Origin: Octopus sinensis
Lineage: Eukaryota
Reading direction: 5' to 3'
Length of the DNA: 64,000 nt
Assembly: GCF_006345805.1 (NCBI RefSeq)
Contig: NC_043006.1
Location: forward strand, 101,742,001-101,806,000
The notes beneath the pieces are model-generated. The model did not search any database and had not been told where the DNA came from. It saw only the letters and a program-made list of their open reading frames with translations. The position numbers and the translations under genes were made by a program. Position 1 is the first letter of the stretch. Every line of letters begins with the position of its first letter. Below are positions 24,243 through 36,340 of this stretch, piece after piece.

Positions 24243-27200
24243 GAAGGAAACCTGATCACAAGGCATCTGGGAAGAAGCAATTTCTACAGTAACTTTATAG
24301 AAACACCCATTTATTTACCTAGATGCCTCATATTCTGTAACAGGACACATAAAAGACAACTTTCCATAAAAACAGATGCAAAAGATAATCACTATAATGT
24401 TCTTTGCATCACACATTATGTTTTTACTGGTATCATTGGTGATTGATACGATCTTTCTCTTAGTGCAGCCTGGGCTGAAAGACGAGATTCACACAGGTGG
24501 TAAAACACTAACAGTTTCAATATAACAATGAAAACTGATTTTCTTGGTGTGATTGTTGTTGTTATTATTGTTTAATTCCTGGTCAGTCCTGATCTAGAAT
24601 GGCATTATCCAATATGTCCTTTCTTTCATGATGATAGTATGTTACTTGAAGGGAATTTGATTGCTAAGATTCTCAGGTTGTACTCAAGCACCCCCACTTC
24701 CAGTAGCTCTTCTATCCTCTCTCTCCATCTCACTAGATCTGTTAGAACATCATTCGGTTTATGAATGCATTTGCTCTTCTTCACTTATTTTCTCTCTCAG
24801 CATGTTGTGATCGGTAATGGGGAGAATATTCTAGATTCTTGTTATAAAACTTACTAAGAACTGTTATCTATTCTTCTTTGCACAATAATCCTTACCATTT
24901 AGATAGAGCAATCATATTAAAGTGTTTGGCAACAATCTACCTGCTCAATGCTGGCAAGGCAAAAACTAATTATTCTTGCTATCATCATCATCATCATCAT
25001 CATCACCACCACCCTTCATCATAATAATTATTACTACAGCTGTACTTATTATCAGTTTTGTGGTTTTGAAGATAAAAAAGCAAAACTTTGAGCATATATA
25101 GGAGATTTCATTAAATGCTTCAACAAAGAGTCTACCTAGCTAACAAAAAATTCTATTCTCTCTTTATCGCTGAGTGATTAGCAACTAGAAGAACATCTAC
25201 CTATAAAGAAGGAAAATTACTTTAGCTAGACATACAAAACAGGGAGAAAAAAATTAGTGAACACTCTATAACTGCTAAAACCAATAGAAAATCATATTTT
25301 GCAGTACCATATTTGTTTATTAGTACATACATATAAGTATTTATGTATTGTATTTGTATGCATATTGCATTACCATCACCACCAACAACATTGACTTGAA
25401 ATTGGTCACTAGGTCTCATAGCTGTGGTAAAACTACTTAACTATTTCAGAATGAATGCCTGAAATAATAAGAAAGTGCTTGTTGGATTTGCTGTTTCATT
25501 TACTCAACAAATCCAATCTGATGTTTTCTAGTATTATCAATATCAATCTGTGTTACTCAAACTTATGCAGTCAGGCAAAATGGCCTTGCATATTTGATCA
25601 GTTCTAGATTGAAAATTGTCCAATGAATGTGTAGAAAATTTGCAGTGAAATGTCTTAAATAACAATAGTTTTCTTTAATAAAAGGTTATTAATACTGTCA
25701 GTGTTGGGTTGTTTGTTATTAAATAGATCTTGCAAAATTATTTAGAGACTGTAGAGCTAAGTTGTGTGGTCACTGCTAATGTGGAGCAAAGATAATTTAT
25801 GTGCACATTTTTGTGTCTTTGGATGTGGTTTTCAAACTCTTTACATGTTGATAATTTTTGCATTTTATACGTATGTAATCTATCTACGAGTGCTTGCATT
25901 CATGTATACATAATTGGAATAGTAAATGAACTTTTAAGTGACACAGTTGTTGAAACTTTAAGATGCTGGACTTACAATCACAAGGTCATGATTTTAGACT
26001 GTGTATGAAATTATTGCTTATTTTGAATCATTGAAGCAAGTATTTCTAGATCTGCACTGCACAATCACATTCCTTCATAAGAATATTGTTATTTAAATCT
26101 TATTCTGGCTGTGCATTGTTTTCTCGAGCAAAGCACTTCGTTTCATGTTGCTCCAGTCACTCAGCTGTATATGGATAACTTTGTGATGGATTAGCTTACA
26201 AGGCTGAGACAATGACTCAGGAAAATCACCTGAACAAGGGTCTTATGTGCCATGTTTTGTATTCAGTGATTGAATGGATGAATAGTATAATCTGTACTGT
26301 GAGTCCTGACTGAATGGCATTGTTCAACCGCATTTAATATCAATCAGTCAATCAAGATCTTATTCATTCCATGATGTCTCACAATACCTATATTATATAC
26401 TGTGTGTTGTTGTAATATTTTACTTTGAGTGAAAAAAAAAATTATGGTTCTTTCTTATTGTCTTCTTCTTTGCTTAAGGTATCTGTCCTCATTTTCTCAG
26501 TAGACCTGTCATTTTCCTCAAATTGCTTTGTATTGCTAACTACTATCTATCTCCATGCATTTGTGCACTAGACTGATGATACCATACCACAAATTACCTT
26601 GTGGTATCTTGGAGTAAAATACAGAGTTGATGCAAAGTGGAGATCAACTGAAATCATTTAACTCTTAACTGGACAGTTTGTATCTCCAGATGCCCTTTCT
26701 GCCACCAACCCTTTCATGTTTTCTATCTAGATAATATTTCCCCATGACCTAACATATTTCCACAGAAAATTGGAAACAAATGATATTGCTTGTGTGATGG
26801 TGACACTTGTTTACAATTATAGATAAGGAAGAATACACATCCACAAAAGAGACTTATAAGTACCATGCTTTAAAAAAATAGGATTGGGGTCAATTCCTTT
26901 GATTAAAAGTTCTTCAAGGTGGTGCCCCATTATGGCCACAGTCTAATGACTGAGACAAGTAAAAGATAAAAGATATCATGTGACCTTCTTGAAAGGATGT
27001 ACTGCTGTGTCGTGTTTCTGTTGTCTAGATGTTAAACGTTGGCCTACAACTTGGAACATACAAACAAACATTCACATTTTAATAGTACTTTCCAGATGCT
27101 TACTGGCCTTCCTGTAACAATTGATCTTTGTCCAATATGTGATGTCAAGTGTAACACCCGAGGCCAGATGATATCTTAATTCTTTTCTTTGACAATAATA

Positions 27201-28854
27201 CCTCAAATCTCTTGGCAGTATTCTTGAAGTTTGCAAACCTACAACTGCCTTCAGATAGTTGAGATACATTTGAATATTGCTGTTGTGGCTTTAGTCAACT
27301 ATACTTAATTATTGATCTATTTTTAGAAAACTCCATTGACCTAATATACCAAATATAATCTGTTTTTGTCTGATCTACAGTCACCAGACTAAATATTATA
27401 CCTTGTAGCAGTTATGGTTGTGTGGTTTACAATATGGACAGTCAAAACTTATTGAATACTTTCACTGTGTTTCCCAGCCCGATCATTGTTGTGGTCTAAA
27501 TTCATGGTTAGGAGTGAACTGAATATTCCAAAGTTAATCATGCTAAACATTATTTTTCTTTTTTTTTTTTATGATCGAATAAAATTAGATTTCACAGTTT
27601 GGCAACAATGACATAGTGGTCCGTTGACATTCTGAGAAGTGGTGCAAGTAAAACTGAAATAACATTTTAACGTTTAGCCATTTTAGATGGATAATATTTT
27701 TTAAAAGAAAAATTTTTTAAAAACTGAAAAATAATTAAAAAGAGGATAAATATAAAGCAAAATAGAGAAAAAAAAATAATGTGAGTTTGTTGTAATATAA
27801 CAATGTAGTATGAGTTATTAAATCTATAGTAGATAAATCTGAAATAGTTTATAAATTGAATATACCATACCTGTAATCAAAATGCCTAACACATAGCCTA
27901 CCAAAGATGCATTTATACACACACATATATACATATGAATACTTTATTTACTAACTCCTAAACTTATTTTGTTGACACACCAACAAACCCGCATAGGCAC
28001 ATGACTAAGCAGAAGCTTGCACACATATAGACATTTCTTCCTGTTAATATTGTAAACTCAATGAATGTGCAGAAAACCGTTTGGAAAATAAATAAAGGAC
28101 AAGGTTATCAACTAGCTAGCTGGCCGGTTGGCTGGCTGGCTGGTTAGTTGGTTGTTTAGTGGAATCACAAGATAATTACTTTTTTGGTTATAACTGTCAA
28201 CAAACATTTTCATATCCAATTTAATTTTGGAAATTTAAGGCTGCCAAGCCTACATCTAATAAAGCAGTCATTAAATACTGCACACTAGCACAACTAAAAC
28301 TAGACAAAAATACAAAAATCCATCAAAATAGAAACAGTAATAATAAATAAATAAGCGAAAGTATCTGAGTCAATGCTACAGCACTTGTCTGTATCCATAA
28401 TTACTAGATATGTGACACTAATTGTAAACTCATTTTCAAAAAGTAATAATGTTTTATAGATTGCTTCAAATATCAATCTGTGAAGTTAATTAGACAAACA
28501 ACACTACCACCAGATATATAATAAAATTAGTTAATTTTATGTATGAAGGAAATATTACTAATTCACTATTTCAAATATGTTTTGTTTCTTAAAGAAGAAC
28601 ATAAAACAAAAATTGACATCATCATTCCTTGCTTGAAAAAATTCAAAAATAGATGATACCCCTCTTTAAACCGTCTCGTAATTAAATTATGCATTTAAAT
28701 TATATAGCAGAATGAACTAAAGAATTAAATGGAATGTCTTATATATGGCATTTGTTAGATGCAGTATAACACTAGATGCTAATCATATTTTGTATTAAAT
28801 ATAACTGAATCTTCAAACATAGCTTCACATTTGCTTTCTCTATTCAATTAGGTG

Positions 28855-29021
28855 CATAGGCATAAGTGTGGCTGATTGGTAAAAAGCTTGCTTCCCATCC
28901 ACATGGTTCTCGGTTCAGTTCTACTGCATGACACCTTGGGCAAATGGATTCTACTATAGCCTTAGGCTGACCAAAGCCTTCTGAGTGGATTTGGTAAGAC
29001 AGAATGCCTGAAAGAAGCCTG

Positions 29022-29030
<9 letters not shown>
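28855..29030 (-). mobile_element. SINE family A head, reverse orientation
   Basis: Related to the family A head: CTTCCCATCCACATGGTTCTCGGTTCAGTTCTACTGCATGACACCTTGGGC..GGATTTGGTAAGACAGAA..GAAAGAAGCCTG reads like the + strand head, so the orientation is uncertain and may be +. Confidence 0.4.
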
Positions 29031-29063
<33 letters not shown>

Positions 29064-29091
29064 TGTGTGTGTGTGTGTGTGTGTCTGTGTG

Positions 29092-29142
<51 letters not shown>

Positions 29143-29154
29143 ACACACACACAC

Positions 29155-29555
29155 ATGTGGTCTGTTCTGTAAGTATCTGGCCTGTTGCCATAGTAACAAA
29201 GCTAAAGCATGCAGAGTGAAGCTGCTTGGCAAAGATTGACTTTGAACTCTGTTCTGCCTGTGCACTAAGATTTAATGTTCTAGCGCACTTCTGCTGTTTA
29301 CAGCAGTGCATGGAAGGAAGGTGTGTAGCGTGTGATCGTTGCATTGACCATGACAGAGAAATTTGAGTAGAGAATCTGCATCAAATTTTGTCAAAAGTTT
29401 GGTGATTCCTGGCTCAGAGGCCTACACAAAGTTTTCAGAAAGTTTCCATCATTCTCGACACAATCAAGGAGATCTTGTGCAACTGAAACCCAGGTGTCTT
29501 ACTGGTCAGCTGAAAGCAGTTTTGACACAAACTTGACAGACATGCATCTCATACC
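29155..29555 (+). mobile_element. Mariner-family remnant with transposase N-terminus
   Basis: Starts TGTGGTCTGTTCTGTAAGTATCTGGCC (mariner TIR-like). Translation MTEKFE*RICIKFCQKFGDS matches the mariner N-terminal QRxxIKFC motif. Confidence 0.65.
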
Positions 29556-29805
29556 CAAATCTTCAGTGATAATGGACTGAACTGAACTGTAACTAATCTG
29601 CATATCCTCTGATAACTCATGGATGGGGATTAGACGATTTCCCTTCACAGCTGCACACACATCTGCAATGTTTTTCTCAGCTCTGCTGGTTGCAGGTCTC
29701 TCAGAATGTTCATCAATATCAACTTATTTTAGCCATCCATATGTGAGCATGTGTGTGTATCGTTACCATGATTTACATAATGCTAAAACAATATTATTTT
29801 GCTAT

Positions 29806-30166
29806 TTATTACCTTTGTCTTAGTGAAGGCAGGGGCATTGTTTTCAGTCATGTTTGTTTTTGGACAAGATATCTCAAGAACCGCTGAATGGATTCAGATG
29901 AAACTTTCAGGGATGTTTGGCCTCATAACTGGCACAAACTGATTAGATTTGGGGATCAATCCAGCACTAGACAAGGATTCTGGATTATTTTTTTATATTT
30001 TCTTTACATGTATATGTAAAGTTTCGCATAGTTCTCTTGTTCACATACACACATTTACTCACACTTCAAATGCCATTTATCGGCTTTTTCACTCCTTCCT
30101 TTGTTATTCATCTGTCATCCCTTCCTTGCCATTTATCTCTTCTACCTTCACCTCTCACTCCAGCTC

Positions 30167-30209
<43 letters not shown>

Positions 30210-30221
30210 ATATATATATAT

Positions 30222-30273
<52 letters not shown>

Positions 30274-30603
30274 GTATACACACACACATATACAATATAT
30301 ATGCACACATATATATATACAAATATATAAAAAGACAACTCTCATTATTATATTAGGAGATTATACATACATTTTAACACTTTACAGTATACTTACATAT
30401 ATACATAATTCTATACATTGATCTAAAACAACAGGATTACTAAAGGAAGAGCGAAATTTAAGAGAAGAGAAAACCAAAAGGTCTCATGATATTCACTGAA
30501 GGATTTTATTTCAGATATTCTCATTTTAAAAATCATTTTGAGATAATTGTTGAGAGGAATTTGCTGTTGTGTTGGCAGAGGTTTGCGCTCTCTGGGTGCT
30601 TTT
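29806..30603 (+). mobile_element. Helentron-associated non-autonomous element (HINE/DINE-1-like architecture)
   Basis: 5' subTIR ACCTTTGTC (29811-29819) with nearby inverted partner GGCAGGGG; core GATATCTCAAGAACCGCTGAATGGATTCAGATGAAACTTTCAG; internal microsatellite; 3' subTIR GGCAGAGGT (30574-30582), small hairpin GCGC..GTGC (30585-30599), T-rich flanks. Confidence 0.7.
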
Positions 30604-31483
30604 GTTTATGAATTACTATTACTAAACAATCAGAATATATGCGAATATCTAAGTTAAATGAGAGACCACATACATGTGCTTTTAAGCAATTCAGTAACCC
30701 ACCCCCACCTTACCACCGGTTTTCATAAAGCTTATCAGGATATGCTTCTTGGAAACTAAACTATGCGGTGTCATGGCACCAATCTTATCCTCGCACTTCT
30801 TCATTAAGATCCCTCCCACCTATACTAATAACCATGTACCTCTATCTCACATGACTCCTTTTGTTTACTTTATCCATCTCTCTCCCCTCTATCCATATCC
30901 CACCATCACTCCCATATCACTGCTGTCCCTCCCTTTCTTCCTCTCTCTCTCTCTTCCCTCTCTTTCTTTCTCTGTCTCTCATGCACTCACACACATTCCT
31001 CTCTCTCTCTCTCACCACATCTTTCTATCTCTTATCTCTTACATTCCAGTTTTCCCTTTCTTTACTGAACATGTTACAGAGAGAGATCTATAATTGTAAT
31101 TTTATGCAGACTAACCTGTGAGTAATTTTAGTAGCTTTATGACTTATTAATGATAAATCTATACATGTGAGATAGGGGCTCTGAAAGGCACAATGAAAAC
31201 AACCCATTCAGGAGAGCAGTAACTCCATAAGAAAAAAATCTCCAGAAGAGATACAGTATCTGTAACTTGCATTGAATGCAAAGCATGTAAAGGAGCTGCA
31301 GTTGAATAGAAACTAACAGTTTTGTGAAGAGACTTTTGCTCTGTCAGAAAACTTTTTCTGCATCCAGTATATATTGTTAAGTGGTGATAGGTAAGACATT
31401 CAGCTTGTAAAACTCAGTCAGAATAGTAACATTTAGAAATATTTATTCGGAAAAAAAAAATCCCCTACCTATTTTATACAAGA

Positions 31484-31996
31484 CTAGCAGTATCGCCCAG
31501 CGTTGCTCGGGTTTCTAAGGGAAATAACTATATAAGCATTTTTAGAGAGTTACTTCCCTTATAGATGCCAATTCGGGCTTTCTTAGCCATTTCTGTTTTG
31601 ATGTCTTCAAGCCATGAAGTCGTTGTTCTAAAAGAACGCTGGTCTCCGTGACAACGCATTACGACGTTGATTTCCTTACACTACCTTCCCCACAGCTTCA
31701 CGAGGGAGGGAAGAAGGGGGAGAAGCAAACAGGTGCAGGTGTGACCATGGACGCCAACTCTGCCGCCATCGACACACGAAAAATTATGCATTAAAATGGA
31801 ATAAAAAATTATGGTAAATTATTTTTAAAATCGTAGACTCATCGTAGACGCGCGCTAATACTCAGACGGGCTCGATATGAATCACGACTATAAGATACCC
31901 GAATTTGGTTAAACTGCACCGCAAAATGTGGGAGTAGTTAGGAATCTAAATCGAAGGGGACAGACACTCACACAACTACAGTTTTATATATAGAGA
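31484..31996 (-). mobile_element. Non-autonomous Helitron
   Basis: On the minus strand: A|TCTCTATATATAAAAC 5' end, 3' hairpin (+ strand CCCAGCGTTGCTCGGG) followed 10 nt later by CTAG|T, inserted between A and T, no TSD, CpG-rich. Confidence 0.85.
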
Positions 31997-32129
31997 TTAT
32001 CATCATATTAGTGCTGTACAAGGTGTTGAGGTGGTTCCAAGGAAATATCTGACCAAATATGCAACGAGCCTTCACCATTGGTCATCTTGTTAAGCCTCAC
32101 TCTTGTTAGGGACCTTTCATGGTGAAAGC

Positions 32130-32287
32130 ATATCTTCAACTCGCGCGTGTGTGTGTATGGATATGTTTATATGCTTATGTGTGTGTGTATATATATGTAT
32201 CCATATATGACCTTGTGTATACAGTGTACACATTTTGTTTTTGTGTGTGTACACATCTATATGTATTTTTCTGTTTGTGCATACCAT

Positions 32288-32329
<42 letters not shown>

Positions 32330-32640
32330 TACATATATATATATATATACATATATATATATGTATATTTATATATGCATATATAGATATATATACATAT
32401 ATAGATATATATATATATATATATATATATAAATCCATACATATATATATATATATATACATATATGTGTGTATATATATATATATAATATATATATATA
32501 TACATATATATATATGTATGTATGTATGTATATACGTGTGTGTGTGTATGTGTAAACATTATGTACTTATGTGTATTTATATTTGTATGTATCTATGTAT
32601 TTTATATATATATATATATATGCATGTGTCTGTGCATATA
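32130..32640. repeat. Degenerate (TA)/(TG)/(CA) microsatellite array
   Basis: Directly visible. It accounts for the 198-aa IY-rich ORF. Confidence 0.95.
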
Positions 32641-33576
32641 TTTGTATGTTTGACATTACTTATGACCCCAAGTTATTTTTACTTAATTTTATTTTATTTT
32701 TTTCCCTTTGTTTAATGGACAATTTTGAAAATATTGCATTATTGCATGACAGTCCAATGGTATTTTGACAGAAGTATCTAGAATAATCATATTTTCTACT
32801 ATATAAAGAGAAAAATTGCAATACATAACTTAGTTTGGTTAGTGAAAAACATGAAACCCTCAGTCCGTGGCAGACTAATGTAGCTTTACTGCTATATTAT
32901 AATAATAATAATAATAATAATTTTGTACACACACACAAATGTATTGGGGTCTATTTGTCAACTGATAACTTACAGTATATATACAGCAACTAACTTTTAC
33001 ATGGTATCCAGGTAGACACACATACTCATATAGGCAATATGGGATTCTGCACAGTTTCTGTCTATCAAATTTTCTCACAAAATATCAGTCAGTTTAAGGC
33101 TATTGTAGAAAATATCTTGCAGAGAAGCCATGTGACTGAAAAGTTAACATCTTAACTACATGTGACTACCCTCCTTCATACGTAAACACATAAGTAATAT
33201 ACATGTGTATCACCAGCTTCTCTATTCCCCTACCCCCATCCCCACATTCTGTGTAGTAGATGTAAAGACTCAAATTTACTTTATTGGGTGAGTGCGCTGA
33301 GCGGTGATGAATAAAAATGCAATGTTAATACCAGTTCAAAGCTAAAAGCACATTCAAACTTGTGAACAAGCCATTCATTGTGTTTTGTCATGGAGATAAT
33401 TTCTCGCTGGGTAGACATTATGGTGTAAAAACACCCAAATCAGCTCTCAGTGACCCCTATCTGTGAGATGCAAGCATTTCAGAGCAGTTATTTCCTCTTC
33501 AGTCACAGAAACTGTGACAATGGCATTGTGAACTGATAAGAGAGACAATCCCTCTTATCCTTTTCCAGTCAATATA

Positions 33577-33900
33577 GGTGCAGGAGTGGCTGTGTGGTAA
33601 GAAGCTTGCTTCCCAACCACATGGTTCTGGGTTCAGTCCCACTGCATGGCACCTTAGTCAAGTGCCTTCTTCTATATGTGTATATATTTGTGTGTGTGTG
33701 TCTGTGTTTGTTCCCCACCATTGCTTGACAACTGATGTTGGTGTGTTTACATCCCAATAACTTAGCGGTTTGGCAAGAGACCGATAGAATAAGTACTAGG
33801 CTTACAAAGAATAAGTTCTGGTGTCGATTTGTTCAACTAAAGGCAGTGCTCCAGCATGGCCGCAGTCAAATGACTGAATAAAATGAAAGAAAATAAAAGA
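33577..33900 (+). mobile_element. SINE family A (internally shortened)
   Basis: GGTGCAGGAGTGGCTGTGTGGTAAGAAGC head and AAAGGCAGTGCTCCAGCATGGCCGCAGTCAAATGACTG tail. Confidence 0.85.
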
Positions 33901-35904
33901 ATATAATGGCTGGTAGTGCAAATCAATGGCTCAGCGTAATGAAACTACAGGGTGAGTGTGCCAAGCAGTGATAAGTAAAATCTTTACTGTTACAGTTTGA
34001 CTTTTTCTGTTGGACTTTTTTGACTGTTACAGTTTGATAGGAAATCCAATCTATTGGAAACCTCCTTAAAACTGGCCACCACAATTTGTATTTTCCTTCT
34101 TAATGTTCATCTATCTACAAAGCAACAGGGCAGTGCATATAGATCTCTCCACTATAATCAAAGAGCCCTATATGCCCTTATGCCAGACAGCCGTTCTGAC
34201 AAGAACTATGAGTCTATCACTCCCAAAGTGGTCTTACAGCATGTTCACCATTTCAATTATTTCTATATCCCTGTACTCTGTTACTTTATAGTTATTGACT
34301 GCTTGGTTCACCTATCTTTTTGATAAGTTGTGTTTTATTTTCCATGCTGTTTCTAATAATCTTCCTCACCAGGCTAGCTTATTTTCCATGCTGTTTCTAA
34401 TTATCTTGGTCACCAGGCTAGCTGATTTCGTCACTAGTGACCCAACCATGTAACAGGTTGTACAGGATTACATCTTACCAATAACATTCATTTTCTCTCT
34501 CTCCCCAATTATTACCTCATTCTGATTTATTTTAGAAATAAATGTTATCTTCTGTTTGAATTTAACTTTCGGCTAAGAACTCTCCAAGAACTCTCATTGT
34601 CAGGCAGTTTAATATAATGGATCAGATGTTGTGATACACATACTGATAAGAAGAGACAGTCTCATTTCATTTTGGGATATGTTCAATTACGTAGTATTAT
34701 TTAAATCTGTCTTACCTCTTTTTATAAACTCTTCTCACTCGTCCTTTTTGTGTACAAGAACCTTGATGTATGCTTAAATATTGTGTGTGAGTGTGTACGT
34801 AGATGTGCTAATGTGAGTATTTGTAGAGATTCATAAAGGTTGTAATTCCATATAGTGTCACATATTGAATTCCTCACTTGTAATCAAGTGCCTGTTCATG
34901 CATGTGGCAATAACCTGATGTATTTGAGTGTATACATATGTTTGTTGATACACACACACATATATACATATGTATTGTGTTTGTTTACATTTGTATGTTC
35001 TTAGGAAATCACAAGGTATGAGTATTTTTTATGTTGTCACTTCTATCAAGTCATCCACTCAGTTTGTGTATTCAAAGATATGTAAAACGAGATTCTGTAT
35101 TTGAAAAAAACTAAGGGTTTGTGATAGGAAAGGTCTCAATAATATAGCTGTAAAACCCATGTTAGCATGGTATAATGAGTGTAAAATAAATTAATATATA
35201 TATACATATGTATTTGTGTGTGTGTGGAGGCATGTAGCTTAATGGTTGGGGCTGTTGGACTAATGATGGTAAGATTGTGGTTTCAATTCATTGGTCAGGA
35301 AATGCACAGCAAGTGTCAAAAGGACATATGCAATGAATGTATTAAGTTTACACTGATTTTCATATGGAAAAATGTAGGTAGGGGGTTGATTTTTCAAGCA
35401 CGGCTTTTTGTTGGAAGGAGGAAAGGTCTGGGGAGAAGGAAAAAATAGTCCAAGAAAAGCATGTGTGTGGTTACATGGCTGAAATGTGTGTGTGCGTGAA
35501 TGTGTGTGTATATATATATTAAATGATTGATATGGAAAACTAGAAGCTTTATTAGCACAACAATCATTTTGGTTTCATTCTGCATTGCTCCCTAGTGGGT
35601 GTGGGATAATGTAATGACATCAGATGCAACACACAGTGCAGTAAGCCTCATCAGGTGACATAAGATGCTTCAAAAGGTACCAGATTTATATTTCATTTAC
35701 GCTCCAAGGTATATGCTGGTGGTGAGTTGCTAGCAGTTCAGACACATTTGGTTAAGTGAGGAAGATGTGGTCAGGACAAAATTAAAAAAATAAAACCATA
35801 AAGAATCTAATGTAAATAGGGATAGGGGAGGGGGTGTTTATACTTGTGGTCAAGAAGTCGTTGCTAAAAATATTAAAAAAAATTTTAATAAAATACAATA
35901 TATA

Positions 35905-36340
35905 TTGGCGATAACTATTAATATCCAGTACCGCTGTGGTTGTCACCTTTAGAGAGACTTAGAAATTTTAATATTTCTATTTTTGAAAACCAGTGGATGT
36001 ATTCCACTGAAATTAGGTAAATAATCCTTCGAACAGACAGTTAGTAGCGACACCTGCTGGGTCTGGCTACTCTGCATTGATAAAGGGCAAATACCCTGAA
36101 ACATGTCTGCAGGTGTCTGACCAGCAAGGGGAAGTGGCTGACCTCCCCTGTTCGAAGGTTATAATGAACACAGGTTCGTGTGTCATATAGCTAGCTAGAG
36201 GCGATGGCCTGTTGGAGCTAATCAACGGCAGCTTTAGTCTTATATTTATGGACTACCATATTTGCTTGGCGATAACTATTAAAATCCAGTACTGCTGCCG
36301 TAGTCTCCTTTAGAGAGACTTAGAAATTTTAATATTTCTA
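35905..36340 (+). mobile_element. Hammerhead-containing retro-insertion (retrozyme-like or Penelope pseudo-LTR-derived): 361-nt unit plus 75-nt terminal direct repeat, with TSD
   Basis: 35905-35979 repeats at 36266-36340 (69/75 identical). The flanking direct repeat TACAATATATATT lies at 35894-35906 and 36339-36351 (unambiguous core CAATATATA). About 10 CpGs are retained, and there is an internal hammerhead motif. Confidence 0.8.
36072..36112 (+). ncRNA. Minimal type I hammerhead ribozyme motif, U3-A8 core variant
   Basis: CTGCA (helix I) - TTGATAA (core 3-9) - AGGG caaata CCCT (helix II) - GAAA - C AT G (palindrome ACATGT, helix III) - TC cleavage triplet GTC at 36105-36107 - TGCAG (helix I). 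Activity is untested. Confidence 0.75.

Noticed and set aside
24895-24950. Strong minus-strand acceptor/donor pair around a ~55-nt segment
   Set aside because: All three frames contain stops. It shows that strong splice-like pairs occur by chance here, which lowers confidence in the other exon candidates.
27096-27180. MLTGLPVTIDLCPICDVKCNTRGQMIS* resembling a zinc finger start
   Set aside because: It stops before any His ligands and has no donor site.
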